Below are positions 19,903 to 29,720 of a stretch of DNA of 64,000 nucleotides, one piece after another. The notes under the pieces were generated by a model. That model had not been told where the DNA came from. It saw nothing but the letters and a program-made list of their open reading frames with translations, and ran no database searches. Source of the DNA: Candidatus Poribacteria bacterium (GTDB lineage: Bacteria > Poribacteria > WGA-4E > WGA-3G); NCBI GenBank assembly GCA_963665235.2, contig CAXXLX010000001.1:3744001-3808000 (forward strand), in the 5' to 3' direction. The position numbers were made by a program, and so were the translations under genes. Numbering within the stretch: position 1 is the first letter of the stretch; the number at the start of each line of letters is the position of its first letter.

Positions 19903-20343
19903 TCAAAATCCTAGTTCACGAATCTCATCATCAGTGTCACCATCTGACACGGGGTGCTGCTGCGCCCATTCCTTCTGTTTGAAATGATGGCGCAAAAACG
20001 CTATGGAACCGGGAACGCCGAGTTTATCCGTAAGGATTTTCGCGCCCAATTCACAGATTTCAATATTGGTGAGTTCCAGTAAACCTTTACGCCATGCATC
20101 GATTCTTTCGGCCCTGATGCGTTCTTCCGCTTCCTGCGCGATTTTTCTCTCCTGAATCTGGTTGACCATTGTAGGGATATCCGGGTCATCATCTAACCAT
20201 TTATGCCGCTCAGCAATGTAATCGTAATCGTTAGGTTTACACTGCTTGAGAAACTGCTCCGTATAGGTGGGGCCCATTTGTCCCGTCAATTCTTCAAGTC
20301 CCATTTTATAAAGTTCGCCCTCTGTCATTTCTAATATCTCCAT
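19903..20343 (-). CDS. Hypothetical protein with two small antitoxin-like modules
   Basis: MTEGELYKMGLEELTGQMG...FL...DYIAERHKWL and LTNIEICELGAKILTDKLG...FL resemble each other. Confidence 0.6.
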   Translation of the reverse strand: MEILEMTEGELYKMGLEELTGQMGPTYTEQFLKQCKPNDYDYIAERHKWLDDDPDIPTMVNQIQERKIAQEAEERIRAERIDAWRKGLLELTNIEICELGAKILTDKLGVPGSIAFLRHHFKQKEWAQQHPVSDGDTDDEIRELGF

Positions 20344-20889
20344 TTCAGACCTGCAAAACATCGCGAGCACCGCGCGCTCTTGAGGAGCGGGCTGCTCGCC
20401 TGAATACTAAAAGTAGTCTACAAAATATCACAAGCGCAGCTCGCTCCTATAGAAGTATAGCACAGTTTGACAAAGCATGGCAAACTTTTTGGACCAAGCT
20501 AGCCCCAGCGGGGCGGAATGTTTATAGCATGTTGGCGGAAACCTATGGCTGTTGGAAACCTTTAGCAAGAAGGTTGTGATGCTAAGTATATCTCGGCCGC
20601 GCGTCAGAGTCCTCTTCCTCTTGCCAATTGCTAAATTGCCAAAGAGATTGTTACGCACCGGACACTCTGCTTCCTTCGCGCCTTCCGTGATTCAGAAAAA
20701 AATGCGTAGATGTTAGCAACAAACCTCTTTTTTCCGCGTTCTCTGTGTCCTCTGTGTAATCCGCGATTCTGACAAAAAAGATGGAACATAAATACAAACA
20801 CTTTACACATGCCCTCTGACGCGCGTCAGGAACCTGTTTCGCCTCAAAACCTCTGGTTTCCAATCGCCAATCGCCAACATTTTTTACCC

Positions 20890-20918
20890 TTGACATACTA
20901 GTCGAATTAGTGTAAACT
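20890..20918 (+). promoter_or_regulatory. Sigma70-type promoter
   Basis: TTGACA-N17-TAAACT about 30 bp upstream of the ATG at 20950. Confidence 0.55.
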
Positions 20919-20949
20919 TAAAGGAAGCCTTAGAAAGGGAACTCAACAA

Positions 20950-21330
20950 ATGCAAGAAAAACGATATTTTACAGTTGAAGAAGCAAACCGATGTATTCCA
21001 CACTTGGTCGAAGCTATATCAAGATTAAACGTTCTAAAGGACGAATTGGAGCAGCTTCACGCTGTGCTCACACCGGTTTTTAAGGTGGTTTCAACCAATG
21101 GCGGCCATAAAGATGCCCCCGCTTTCTTCAGAATTGCCGAAGCATTTCAGATCATCGTAGAAAGTATTGCGCGCCTCGGCTGTCACCTCAAAGGACTTGA
21201 CCCGGGCCTGATCGATTTCCCACACCTACGCAACGGCAAAGAGGTCTATCTCTGCTGGCAATACGGTGAACCAGAAATCCAGTACTGGCACGACATTGAG
21301 GACGGGTTTGGTGGACGTAAACCGTTATAG
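20950..21330 (+). CDS. DUF2203 family protein
   Basis: FTVEEAN, KGLDPGLIDFP, YLCW and GFGGRKP motifs. Confidence 0.9.
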   Translation: MQEKRYFTVEEANRCIPHLVEAISRLNVLKDELEQLHAVLTPVFKVVSTNGGHKDAPAFFRIAEAFQIIVESIARLGCHLKGLDPGLIDFPHLRNGKEVYLCWQYGEPEIQYWHDIEDGFGGRKPL

Positions 21331-21503
21331 GAATGTGGCTATTGGCTGTTGGCAAGAAATATAAGAAAGAGAAGATCCGCTTTCTTTTCTTTGTCTTGCT
21401 AATCGCTAAGTGCTATTTGCTAATCGCGAAAAGTGAATGAACACAGGGAAACCGGACGCATAGCAGACATGGGACATACCTCTCCAATATACCGTATTTA
21501 CTG

Positions 21504-22301
21504 CTACAGTGCGCGTTGCTTCAGAAAATAGAAGTGATTTGTCGGCCCGTGCCCCTGTCCAATATCCAATGCATGTTGGATAGCATGGGTGATGTACGTC
21601 TTCGATGCCCGGATAGCGTCGATTAAATCGTTTCCTTGCGCGAGGTGCGTGGCAATCGCTGCGGAATAGGTGCATCCGGTGCCGTGTGTATTTTCCGTGT
21701 CAACCCGTTCCGCCTCAAAAAAGGCCCAGTCCCCATTGTAGTAAAGCACATCTATTGCCTTGTTCCCGCCGAGGTGCCCCCCCTTAACAAGGACAGCCTG
21801 ACAACCGAGCTCTGAAATCGTTCGTGCAGCGGCTTTAGCATCATCAGTCGTTTTAATTTCCTGTTGTGCCAACAGCTCCGCCTCATAGACGTTAGGTGTG
21901 ATAACTGTTGCAATCGGAATCAATGTCTGCTTGAGGCTCTCAATCGCTTCCGTTTTTAACAACGGAAACCTACTTTTAGAAATCATGACAGGGTCCACTA
22001 CGATTGCCGGTGGGGTGTATTCGCGTAATTTTCGTGCCACCGTCTCCACAATCGCTGAAGAGGATAACATCCCTGTTTTGACACTAGCCACGTCAAAGTC
22101 TGTAAAAACAGCGTCTAGCTGTGCCTCAAGTAATGCAATTGGTAGGTCAAACGCATCGGTGACCGCCACCGTATTCTGTGCTGTTACGGAGGTAATTGCA
22201 GACATTGCAAACCCGCCATTTGCTGAAATCGCTTTGATATCCGCCTGTATTCCGGCCCCGCCACCTGAATCCGAACCTGCGATTGTTAAAATCTGTTTCA
22301 T
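21504..22301 (-). CDS. thiD: Hydroxymethylpyrimidine/phosphomethylpyrimidine kinase
   Basis: LTIAGSDSGGGAGIQAD, VDPVM, TPN, KGGH and HGTGC motifs. Confidence 0.96.
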   Translation of the reverse strand: MKQILTIAGSDSGGGAGIQADIKAISANGGFAMSAITSVTAQNTVAVTDAFDLPIALLEAQLDAVFTDFDVASVKTGMLSSSAIVETVARKLREYTPPAIVVDPVMISKSRFPLLKTEAIESLKQTLIPIATVITPNVYEAELLAQQEIKTTDDAKAAARTISELGCQAVLVKGGHLGGNKAIDVLYYNGDWAFFEAERVDTENTHGTGCTYSAAIATHLAQGNDLIDAIRASKTYITHAIQHALDIGQGHGPTNHFYFLKQRAL

Positions 22302-22599
22302 ATTTGCTCTGCCTAATCCTTGAATAATTGATAACACATTGTATCATGTCCATCAATTTGGTGCAAGGGTTTTATTGGCTGTTGGCAAATGGTTATTGAC
22401 TGTTGGAAACCATTGGAAACCATTGGAAACCAGAAATCTTTGACGCGTGTCAAAAACCTGCTTAGAATCACAACCTCTTGCTAATTGCTATTCGCTAATT
22501 GCTATTTGCTAAACAGGTTGACATGTTTCCTAAATCTGTGATATGCTTTAGGCGAGTTATAGGGTTTAAAACGCCATATATGTCACGATACAGTAAAAT

Positions 22600-22647
22600 C
22601 TATAGGAAGGAAATTGAGAAATGCTATAGGAAGGAAATTGAGAAATG
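22600..22647 (+). repeat. Perfect 24-bp tandem duplication of RBS plus ATG
   Basis: CTATAGGAAGGAAATTGAGAAATG twice. Confidence 0.95.
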
Positions 22648-23406
22648 CGATTGAAAGATAAGGTCGCGCTGATTGGCGGGGCTGGCGCAAATATGAGCCG
22701 GGCGACTGCACTACTCTTCGCACAAGAAGGCGCGAAGGTGGCACTTGCCGCACGCACAACTGGGAAAATGGAAGAGACTGCGAAACGTATCCGCACTAAC
22801 GGTGGCACTGCGCTTACACACCAAACCGATTTGACAGATGCCGCACAGGTAGACGCACTTATTGAGGCTGTCACCGCGGAATTTGGTGGAGTTGACTGCT
22901 TTATTCACGCCGCTGGCGGGTTTTTCTCAACGGAACACGATATTACCACTATGGATGCAACCTATTGGGAGGGCGCGTTGCAAAACAACCTGCGAACGCT
23001 TTTCAATCCTGTCCGCCGGCTTGTGCCGATTTTAGAAACACGCGGGGGTGGGTGTATCATTACCATTTCAGCCGGGGCACGTGTCCGTCAAGATGCAAAC
23101 GCCGCTTATGCCGCAGCAAAAGCCGGGATGGTAGCGACAGCGAAAAATCTCGCGAAGGAATTATACGACAAAAATATCCGCGCGCATGCATTATGTCCAG
23201 GGATTATCTGGGAACCGCTGCCCGACGGAAAAATCACCCCCGTAGAGACGCAGCTGGAACGACTCGGCAACCCGATCGATGTGGCTTATGCTGCACTATG
23301 GCTCTGCTCGGACGAGGCAGCATGGGTCACAGGATTGGAATTGACAATCGATGGCGGAGATGCCCTATTCATTGATTCTCCAATCCGACGAGAGGTGTTG
23401 GCATAA
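22645..23406 (+). CDS. SDR family oxidoreductase
   Basis: GGAGANMS, YAAAK and CPG motifs. Confidence 0.92.
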   Translation: MRLKDKVALIGGAGANMSRATALLFAQEGAKVALAARTTGKMEETAKRIRTNGGTALTHQTDLTDAAQVDALIEAVTAEFGGVDCFIHAAGGFFSTEHDITTMDATYWEGALQNNLRTLFNPVRRLVPILETRGGGCIITISAGARVRQDANAAYAAAKAGMVATAKNLAKELYDKNIRAHALCPGIIWEPLPDGKITPVETQLERLGNPIDVAYAALWLCSDEAAWVTGLELTIDGGDALFIDSPIRREVLA

Positions 23407-23442
23407 CCTCGGGTATAGAGCAAACCACAAAATCTCAGCTCG

Positions 23443-24021
23443 CTATTCAGGGAACGTAATGCGCGCGTATATCTCTTGTAAAGGCAACTCACATTGAATA
23501 GAAGGGAGTGGAAGTTGTTCCGCAAGGTTTTGGAAATTGGTAATAATCCACGAATCTGTTTGCCGAAGGTGACGTTCGACGTTCACCCTATCTTGAGAAA
23601 CGAGGATATATTCTTGCAGGGAGTGGAGCTGTTGGTAGTGTGAAAATTTTTCGTTTCTGTCATAAAATTCAGTTGTGGGAGAGAACACTTCCACAAGAAT
23701 AATCGGATTGAGAAGTGTATCAAACGTTTTATCTTCAAAACGGGGTTCTTCACAAACAACAACGACATCTGGATAGAAATAGGACGTTGTGGAGGGGGTG
23801 CTCACACGCATTTCGTTTGCATACACTTCACATCCGCTACCTTTCAAGCGGCCGTGAAGTCCAGCCGAAATGTTCATTGTAATCAGGTTATGGGCACGAC
23901 TTGCCCCGGACATAGCGATAATTTCACCGTTGACGTATTCGCTTCTGATTGTGTGTGCTTTCCGTTCTAAATCAATGTATTCTTGAGGTGTAAGGTATGT
24001 CTGCGCTGCGTTCGTTGCCAT
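23443..24021 (-). CDS. Uma2 family endonuclease
   Basis: EYVNGEIIAMSGAS, YPDVVV, VEVFSP and LQEYILV motifs; SD before ATG at 24021. Confidence 0.92.
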   Translation of the reverse strand: MATNAAQTYLTPQEYIDLERKAHTIRSEYVNGEIIAMSGASRAHNLITMNISAGLHGRLKGSGCEVYANEMRVSTPSTTSYFYPDVVVVCEEPRFEDKTFDTLLNPIILVEVFSPTTEFYDRNEKFSHYQQLHSLQEYILVSQDRVNVERHLRQTDSWIITNFQNLAEQLPLPSIQCELPLQEIYARITFPE

Positions 24022-24073
24022 GATCTCCTCCCTGAATTTTCCGTTCCGTATAACTGCATTATAACATAACAGG

Positions 24074-25204
24074 TTAGCCATCTCCAAAGAGAGCGAGATA
24101 TTTCTCTAAGGCAAATAAGCGGTTGCGGTGGGATCCGGTAATCTCCTTCAGAATTCCGAGCTCTGTTAAGGATTTTAGGAGCTGATTAGCACTTGAAAAA
24201 GCCATTCCTAATTGAGCTTCAACCCAGCTTACGTTAACAATTGGCTGCCCAAACATGAGCCGAAGTAATTTGTTCGCGTTTTTCGCCCTGGAACCAAGCG
24301 TTAGGATTTCGGTGTCATATTCTTCACGAAGCGACATGATTGCGCGGAATGTCTCAATGCCGTGCTTTGCAGTGTCAATAATACCGCGTAAGAAAAAAAC
24401 GACCCACTGCTCTAAGTCATTTGATACGCGAACTCTAGAAAGTGAGTCGTAATAAGCAACCCTATATTCCTCAAAAAAGGAAGACATGTAGAGCACTGGC
24501 TTGCTTAGTATTTGTGCCTCGATGAGTTGCAAGACAATCAGCAGTCTCCCGCATCTGCCATTTCCATCTAAGAAAGGATGGATGGTTTCAAACTGATAGT
24601 GTGTGATGGCAACTTTAATCAGTTCTGGAATTTGTAGGGTGCGGTTGTGCCAAAATCTTTCAAGGTCGAGTAAAAGTGTTTGAATCTCCTCCGGGGAGGG
24701 GGGAACATAATGCGCGGTTGCTAATGATGAACCTCCAATCCAATTTTGACTTCTGCGAATTTCACCCGGAGCACTATGTTTTCCACGTTCCCCCGATAGT
24801 AAAATTTTGTGTGCCGCCAGTAGTAAACGCATACAGACGGACAGCTCTGGCAGTTTAGCTACCGAGAAGTTCATCGCTTTGATATAGTTCTGAACTTCGT
24901 CCCAATCGTCGCGTTTCTCCAGTGTGAGTTCTTCTTTTGGAAGCAAGACATCGTTAAGCTCTGTTTTTGTGCCTTCAATCAGATTGGAGTCCCTTGCCTC
25001 CTTCACCATCTTCATTTTGATGAAAAAATCGCCATCCGGTATCAGTTCCGCGTATCCGTTTAGTTCACCTAAAGACCTGCTTGCTTGTTCCAGAAGCACA
25101 TCTATTTGTGGATTTTCCCAAGTGAACTGACGGTTTACGAAGGAGGGCGTGAAACTTTCATATTCGCGTTGTTGTTTGTATTCACCCGCCACGAATTTTT
25201 TCAT
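24074..25204 (-). CDS. Fic family protein with a C-terminal wHTH
   Basis: HPFLDGNGRCGR active-site motif and SNLIEG inhibitory motif. Confidence 0.94.
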   Translation of the reverse strand: MKKFVAGEYKQQREYESFTPSFVNRQFTWENPQIDVLLEQASRSLGELNGYAELIPDGDFFIKMKMVKEARDSNLIEGTKTELNDVLLPKEELTLEKRDDWDEVQNYIKAMNFSVAKLPELSVCMRLLLAAHKILLSGERGKHSAPGEIRRSQNWIGGSSLATAHYVPPSPEEIQTLLLDLERFWHNRTLQIPELIKVAITHYQFETIHPFLDGNGRCGRLLIVLQLIEAQILSKPVLYMSSFFEEYRVAYYDSLSRVRVSNDLEQWVVFFLRGIIDTAKHGIETFRAIMSLREEYDTEILTLGSRAKNANKLLRLMFGQPIVNVSWVEAQLGMAFSSANQLLKSLTELGILKEITGSHRNRLFALEKYLALFGDG

Positions 25205-25221
25205 ATTAGCATTTCTTCCAT

Positions 25222-25398
25222 TTTTTCGTAATATAGAATTTTATATTACGGTTTTCAGCAATTTTTCGTAATATAGAATTTTATATTACGGTCTTCCAAA
25301 AACCTTACACACCCCTATATTATCATTTTTGCCTGTTTTTGACAATAAAGAATTCTATATTATCATTTTTGCCTGTTTTTGACAATAAAGAATTCTAT
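25222..25398. promoter_or_regulatory. Two operator-like palindromes and a duplicated promoter-like 40-mer upstream of fic
   Basis: CGTAATATA-GAATTT-TATATTACG at 25227 and 25267; 40-bp tandem duplication at 25315-25398. Confidence 0.7.
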
Positions 25399-25407
25399 TC
25401 TATATTT

Positions 25408-26391
25408 TCACTTTTGGAAACTGTTGCGGACTTCGGTGACAATAGTATCAGGCGCGATGCCTTCACCCTGCCCCTCAAAATTGAGAAGAATGCGGTGACG
25501 AAGTGCAGGCAAAAGCACAGACTCAACATCTGCCACGGCAACGTTATAACGTTCATCAAGGAGTGCTTTGATTTTCGCTGTGAGGACTATCGCCTGAACA
25601 CTCCGGATACCTGCACCTATGTGGACATAACGTTTAACGATGTCAGGTGCGTCCTCGGCATCCGGATGCGTTCTTCGGACGAGGCGGATAATATGACGTT
25701 CAACATGTTCGGCAATGATAACCCGACGCACAAGCGACCGCATCCGGTTGAGCGTTTCCGCCTCCGTCACTTTCTCAATGGTGATGGCCGTATCAGAGGT
25801 GGTGCGGCGCAAAATCTGAACGATTTCATCCTCATCGGGAAATTCAACGATGAGTTTAAACAAAAACCGATCGAGTTGTGCCTCCGGGAGCGGATAGGTA
25901 CCCTCCATTTCCAACGGATTTTGTGTGGCAAGCACACAGAAAGGCTCCTCAAGTTTGTGACTCGACCGACCGACCGTGACGGTCCGGTCCTGCATCGCCT
26001 CAAGGAGCGCGGATTGTGTACGTGGCGTTGCACGGTTAATCTCATCGGCAAGGATAAGTTGTGCGAAGATGGGCCCCTGCTGAAACTCAAACTGCTTCCC
26101 ACCATGTTCATCCTCCACGAGAAAGGTGGTACCGGTAATGTCGGATGGCATCATATCGGGTGTAAACTGAATCGGTTTGAAGGTGAGGTTCAGTGCTTCG
26201 CTGAGCGTTCGGATGAGCTGGGTTTTGCCAAGCCCGGGTACGCCTTCAAGGAGGGCATGCCCATCGGCAAGTAGACAAAGCAGGACACCCTCAATAATTG
26301 CGTCTTGGCCGACAATCCGTTTCTGGACTTCGGCCTTGACGTTATAGAAGGTCTCGCGGAAGTTATGAATTTGGGTTTCTAATGCTTCCAT
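25408..26391 (-). CDS. MoxR family AAA+ ATPase
   Basis: GVPGLGKT, LADEINRA and YPLPEAQLDRF motifs. Confidence 0.95.
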   Translation of the reverse strand: MEALETQIHNFRETFYNVKAEVQKRIVGQDAIIEGVLLCLLADGHALLEGVPGLGKTQLIRTLSEALNLTFKPIQFTPDMMPSDITGTTFLVEDEHGGKQFEFQQGPIFAQLILADEINRATPRTQSALLEAMQDRTVTVGRSSHKLEEPFCVLATQNPLEMEGTYPLPEAQLDRFLFKLIVEFPDEDEIVQILRRTTSDTAITIEKVTEAETLNRMRSLVRRVIIAEHVERHIIRLVRRTHPDAEDAPDIVKRYVHIGAGIRSVQAIVLTAKIKALLDERYNVAVADVESVLLPALRHRILLNFEGQGEGIAPDTIVTEVRNSFQK

Positions 26392-26412
26392 TATTTGCTT
26401 GCTAGTAAAGAA

Positions 26413-27462
26413 TTACCAGTTGCCTCGCGTGACATAGAGTGACCGATTTTCCATGGGGAGTGAGATTTGCTTACCGCCCAACCGGTGCGATTCTATCATG
26501 CCCATGAGGGTTTCTTGGCTGCGCCGCGCGAGATGGACGGGCCCCTTCGTTTCCCGGTCCTCGTCAAGTGCTTCAGCGATGTCTGTGATGCCCATTACGG
26601 TGCCGGTAGCGCGGGAGGTCTCCGGAAACGGCACTTCCTCAAAGAAGGTGCCATCCTTTTTCCGAAATTGTACCTCTCTGCTGTTGTTCTGCACCCGGAT
26701 TTTGCCGCCAGTGCCGCACACCTCAAATTCGGGCCCGGTGCCCGCGGTGTTATAACCGTGAACGCCATTAGCGAAACGGATATAACCGCTCGTTACCGCT
26801 GGGTCTACGTTCAGACGGTTTTCATCCCAATCTGAGTCTTTACAGACAACGGTGCCCTGCACGAAACTGACCTCCGGGTCACCTGCAAGGAAGAGGAGCA
26901 TATCGGCGGCGTGGGTTAACCCCCAGAGGGCAGAACTCGCGCCGTATTGTGCAATGGTACACTGGACATTCCCGATTTCACCAGCATCAACCAGCGCGCG
27001 GACTTGACGATAGATAGGCATATATCGCCGCTGTGTGCCGTAGTTGAATTTGACGCCGTGCTTTTCAACGATGTCTACCATGACATCCGCCTCCTCCATG
27101 GAGCAGCAGAGCGGTTTTTCACAGTAGATGCCCTTGACACCGTTTTCAGCAGCAAACACCGTAATATCGGCATGCGGTCCGGGGCGTGTGGCGATACAGA
27201 CAATGTCAGGTTTCTCTTTTTCCAACATCTCTTGATAATCGGTATAGGCGCGTTCGGCACCGTAACGTTGGCGAATAGCTTCCGCTTTTTCAGCGACGAC
27301 ATCGGAGACAGCGATGAGGTCAGTTCTTTCGCAAGCGACTGCTGCAGCGGCGTGTGAAAAGGGTTGCCATATAAAGTTGTCCGGACGGTTTGCGACTTCA
27401 TCGTCAATGGTCGCACCCATCCGTCCACATCCGATGAGACAGGTTTTGTATGTACGTGGCAT
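26413..27462 (-). CDS. Gfo/Idh/MocA oxidoreductase
   Basis: IGCGRMG and CEKP motifs; SD AAGGAG before 27462. Confidence 0.92.
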   Translation of the reverse strand: MPRTYKTCLIGCGRMGATIDDEVANRPDNFIWQPFSHAAAAVACERTDLIAVSDVVAEKAEAIRQRYGAERAYTDYQEMLEKEKPDIVCIATRPGPHADITVFAAENGVKGIYCEKPLCCSMEEADVMVDIVEKHGVKFNYGTQRRYMPIYRQVRALVDAGEIGNVQCTIAQYGASSALWGLTHAADMLLFLAGDPEVSFVQGTVVCKDSDWDENRLNVDPAVTSGYIRFANGVHGYNTAGTGPEFEVCGTGGKIRVQNNSREVQFRKKDGTFFEEVPFPETSRATGTVMGITDIAEALDEDRETKGPVHLARRSQETLMGMIESHRLGGKQISLPMENRSLYVTRGNW

Positions 27463-27473
27463 GATTCTCTCCT

Positions 27474-28928
27474 TTAATCCCCGGCATAGAGTTTTCCGAA
27501 ATAGGGGCGGAAGCCTGCGGGGCCAGGATATCCCTCCCAATATTGTGGATTTTCTGGAAACGCGGTGTCGCCGCCACTTCGGAGCCAGGCGATTAAGGCT
27601 GGGTCCATGTCACGGCGTGTGATTTCGTCAACCGCGGCGGCGTGCAACTTCGCGACGACGTTCGGGTGGTCATCTTGTACGTACTCGAGCTCTCCGAGCC
27701 TGACAAGTTTTGAATGTTCAGGTTTGGCGGTGACCTCTAAGCTCCACTCCTGGTCGAAGGCGGTAAAAAGGATAGCTTCTTCTCGTTGTGAGGCGCGCTG
27801 CCATCTATCAATACTTCCGCCTGATAAGGCAACCTGTCTTTCCCCCGTTTTTCCTTCGCGGGCGGGGGTTAAGATGTCATGCCCTACAACGCCTTCCGGT
27901 GCTGCTTCGCCGAGGATGCCGAGAATCGTTGGGAAGAAGTCCTGCGGTTGGACAATAACGTTGCTGCGGCCCGTATCTCCCTCCGGTAAGCGGATAAAGA
28001 GTGGGACGTGTCCCTCCTGTTCACGGACAGGTTGTCCTTTACCAAATGAGCCCCGGTCGCCTACGTTCGTGCCGTGGTCGCCTGTTAAGATGACAGCCGT
28101 ATTCTTATCGAGTCCCGTGGATTCCAAAGCGTCCACAAATTGTCCGAAGCAGTGGTCCATCCATGTGAGTTTGGCGGAGTATTGAGCTTTGATGTGCTGT
28201 CTCGCCTCGTCAGATAGGTTTTGATTGTTTCTGCCGCCGAGGCTACGGGGGTCAATGAGTCCATCATAACCGGGACGTTTATCATATTTTTTCATGAATT
28301 CAGGCGGCGCGTCCCACGGTTCGTGTGGGTCGAAGCAATCCACCCAGAGAAAGAAGTTCTCACGATTGGCGTTGTCCTTTAGAAATTGGGCGGCGGTGTT
28401 GAAGAGTTTCGCACAGTTCCAATCCTCCAGTCTTTTACGATTTCGGTTGGCACGCGCGTAACTTCGGAGCATATTTGATTGTGACACCTTATCGTCGAGG
28501 CAATCAAACAGGGGTTGCCGAGTCCAATTGTCAGGGACAGGGAGGGTGTCCATAATCCAGTCTCGGTCAACTTCCGCGCCCCGGACGAATGTCCATGCAT
28601 GAAAGGGCCAGTCGAAGTTATGCCCCCCGTTGACGAGGTGCGGTGTGTCGTGAATAAGCTGGGTCGCATACCCTTTTTGGGCAAGCGTCCAGGGTAAGGT
28701 TTGACGTTCGTGTCGGAGCGGTTTCCACGGATGGAAGGGACCGCCGTATTGACTGGTGATAACATCGGTGCGGTACGGAATAGTTGGGAAACTTGCACAA
28801 AATGCGCGGTCGAATGCCCAAGCTTTAGACGCGAACCGGTCTATGTTAGGTGTCTCAATCCAGTCGTTACCGTTTGCCCCAATGTGGTCATAACGAAGTG
28901 TGTCAATGACGATGTAAGCGATGTTCAT
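27474..28928 (-). CDS. Sulfatase-like hydrolase (Thr at the nucleophile position)
   Basis: IDTLRYD, TPNID, TIPYR, DPHEP and GDHG motifs. Confidence 0.85.
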   Translation of the reverse strand: MNIAYIVIDTLRYDHIGANGNDWIETPNIDRFASKAWAFDRAFCASFPTIPYRTDVITSQYGGPFHPWKPLRHERQTLPWTLAQKGYATQLIHDTPHLVNGGHNFDWPFHAWTFVRGAEVDRDWIMDTLPVPDNWTRQPLFDCLDDKVSQSNMLRSYARANRNRKRLEDWNCAKLFNTAAQFLKDNANRENFFLWVDCFDPHEPWDAPPEFMKKYDKRPGYDGLIDPRSLGGRNNQNLSDEARQHIKAQYSAKLTWMDHCFGQFVDALESTGLDKNTAVILTGDHGTNVGDRGSFGKGQPVREQEGHVPLFIRLPEGDTGRSNVIVQPQDFFPTILGILGEAAPEGVVGHDILTPAREGKTGERQVALSGGSIDRWQRASQREEAILFTAFDQEWSLEVTAKPEHSKLVRLGELEYVQDDHPNVVAKLHAAAVDEITRRDMDPALIAWLRSGGDTAFPENPQYWEGYPGPAGFRPYFGKLYAGD

Positions 28929-28982
28929 AATAAAATCCTCCAGTGATTACGGCACACGGCATGTGCCTACTACTATGTGACT

Positions 28983-29717
28983 TCACCACTTCGGAATGGC
29001 ACCGAGTAGCAATTTTTGCTGCGGTGTGCCCTCCTCACGAAGTTTTGTGACGCGTGGTCCGTTAAAAGGTTCACGCGATTTCATCCAGGCGTTCTGATAA
29101 CACATAAGGCAGACCCGTCGACGTTGTGAAGAGGTATTGGCTGCCCCGCGATGCCATGTCCATCCATCGAACATGACCGCCTGCCCAGGGGACACTAACA
29201 CCCGCTTCTCGTCAGGAAGTTGGACAGAACTTGGAGGCGGACGAAACGGGGCTCTGTGACTGCCCGGTTGAACAACGGTCGGTCCCATGTCATCGGTGAT
29301 TTCGTCAAGATAGTAGCCGCAGTTAATCTGTGCAGGTAGACTGCCGTAAGGCGTTCCGTAAGGGTCTACGGGCCACGGTCCATCCCGATGCCAGTTTTGG
29401 TCAGGTGTTCCGGGTTCAGTGATACGGGCAGTTGCACTGTGGAGCTGTACACATGTGCCTAATATCGCCTCCATCCGCTTTAGCACCGGGGGATTATCTA
29501 ACAGAAATGCGAACCGGTCGTCCTCTTCAAGCAGTTCACCGATGAATTGACTTTTTTCCCGTCTCTCGTAGCTTTCATCGAGTGCGTTGCGCAACGATTC
29601 AATCTGCTCAGGCGTTGCGGCGTTATCGACAATGAGATACCCCCATTTTAGGAAGAAATTGACCTCCTGTTGTAGTTGATGGTCAAGCTCAACGTTGAGT
29701 GTTGTGGGCACTACCAT
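28983..29717 (-). CDS. PhyH family dioxygenase
   Basis: WHRD, PGSH and WHRGAAN motifs. Confidence 0.9.
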   Translation of the reverse strand: MVVPTTLNVELDHQLQQEVNFFLKWGYLIVDNAATPEQIESLRNALDESYERREKSQFIGELLEEDDRFAFLLDNPPVLKRMEAILGTCVQLHSATARITEPGTPDQNWHRDGPWPVDPYGTPYGSLPAQINCGYYLDEITDDMGPTVVQPGSHRAPFRPPPSSVQLPDEKRVLVSPGQAVMFDGWTWHRGAANTSSQRRRVCLMCYQNAWMKSREPFNGPRVTKLREEGTPQQKLLLGAIPKW

Positions 29718-29720
29718 CGT

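Noticed and set aside
22302-22520. TPP riboswitch upstream of thiD
   Set aside because: No conserved TPP aptamer core is visible; the region consists of repeat modules and promoter-like sequence.
25339-26274. Long antisense ORFs (also 10316-11008, 6771-7523 and 58259-59014)
   Set aside because: They are shadows of well-supported genes on the opposite strand and have no recognisable motifs.
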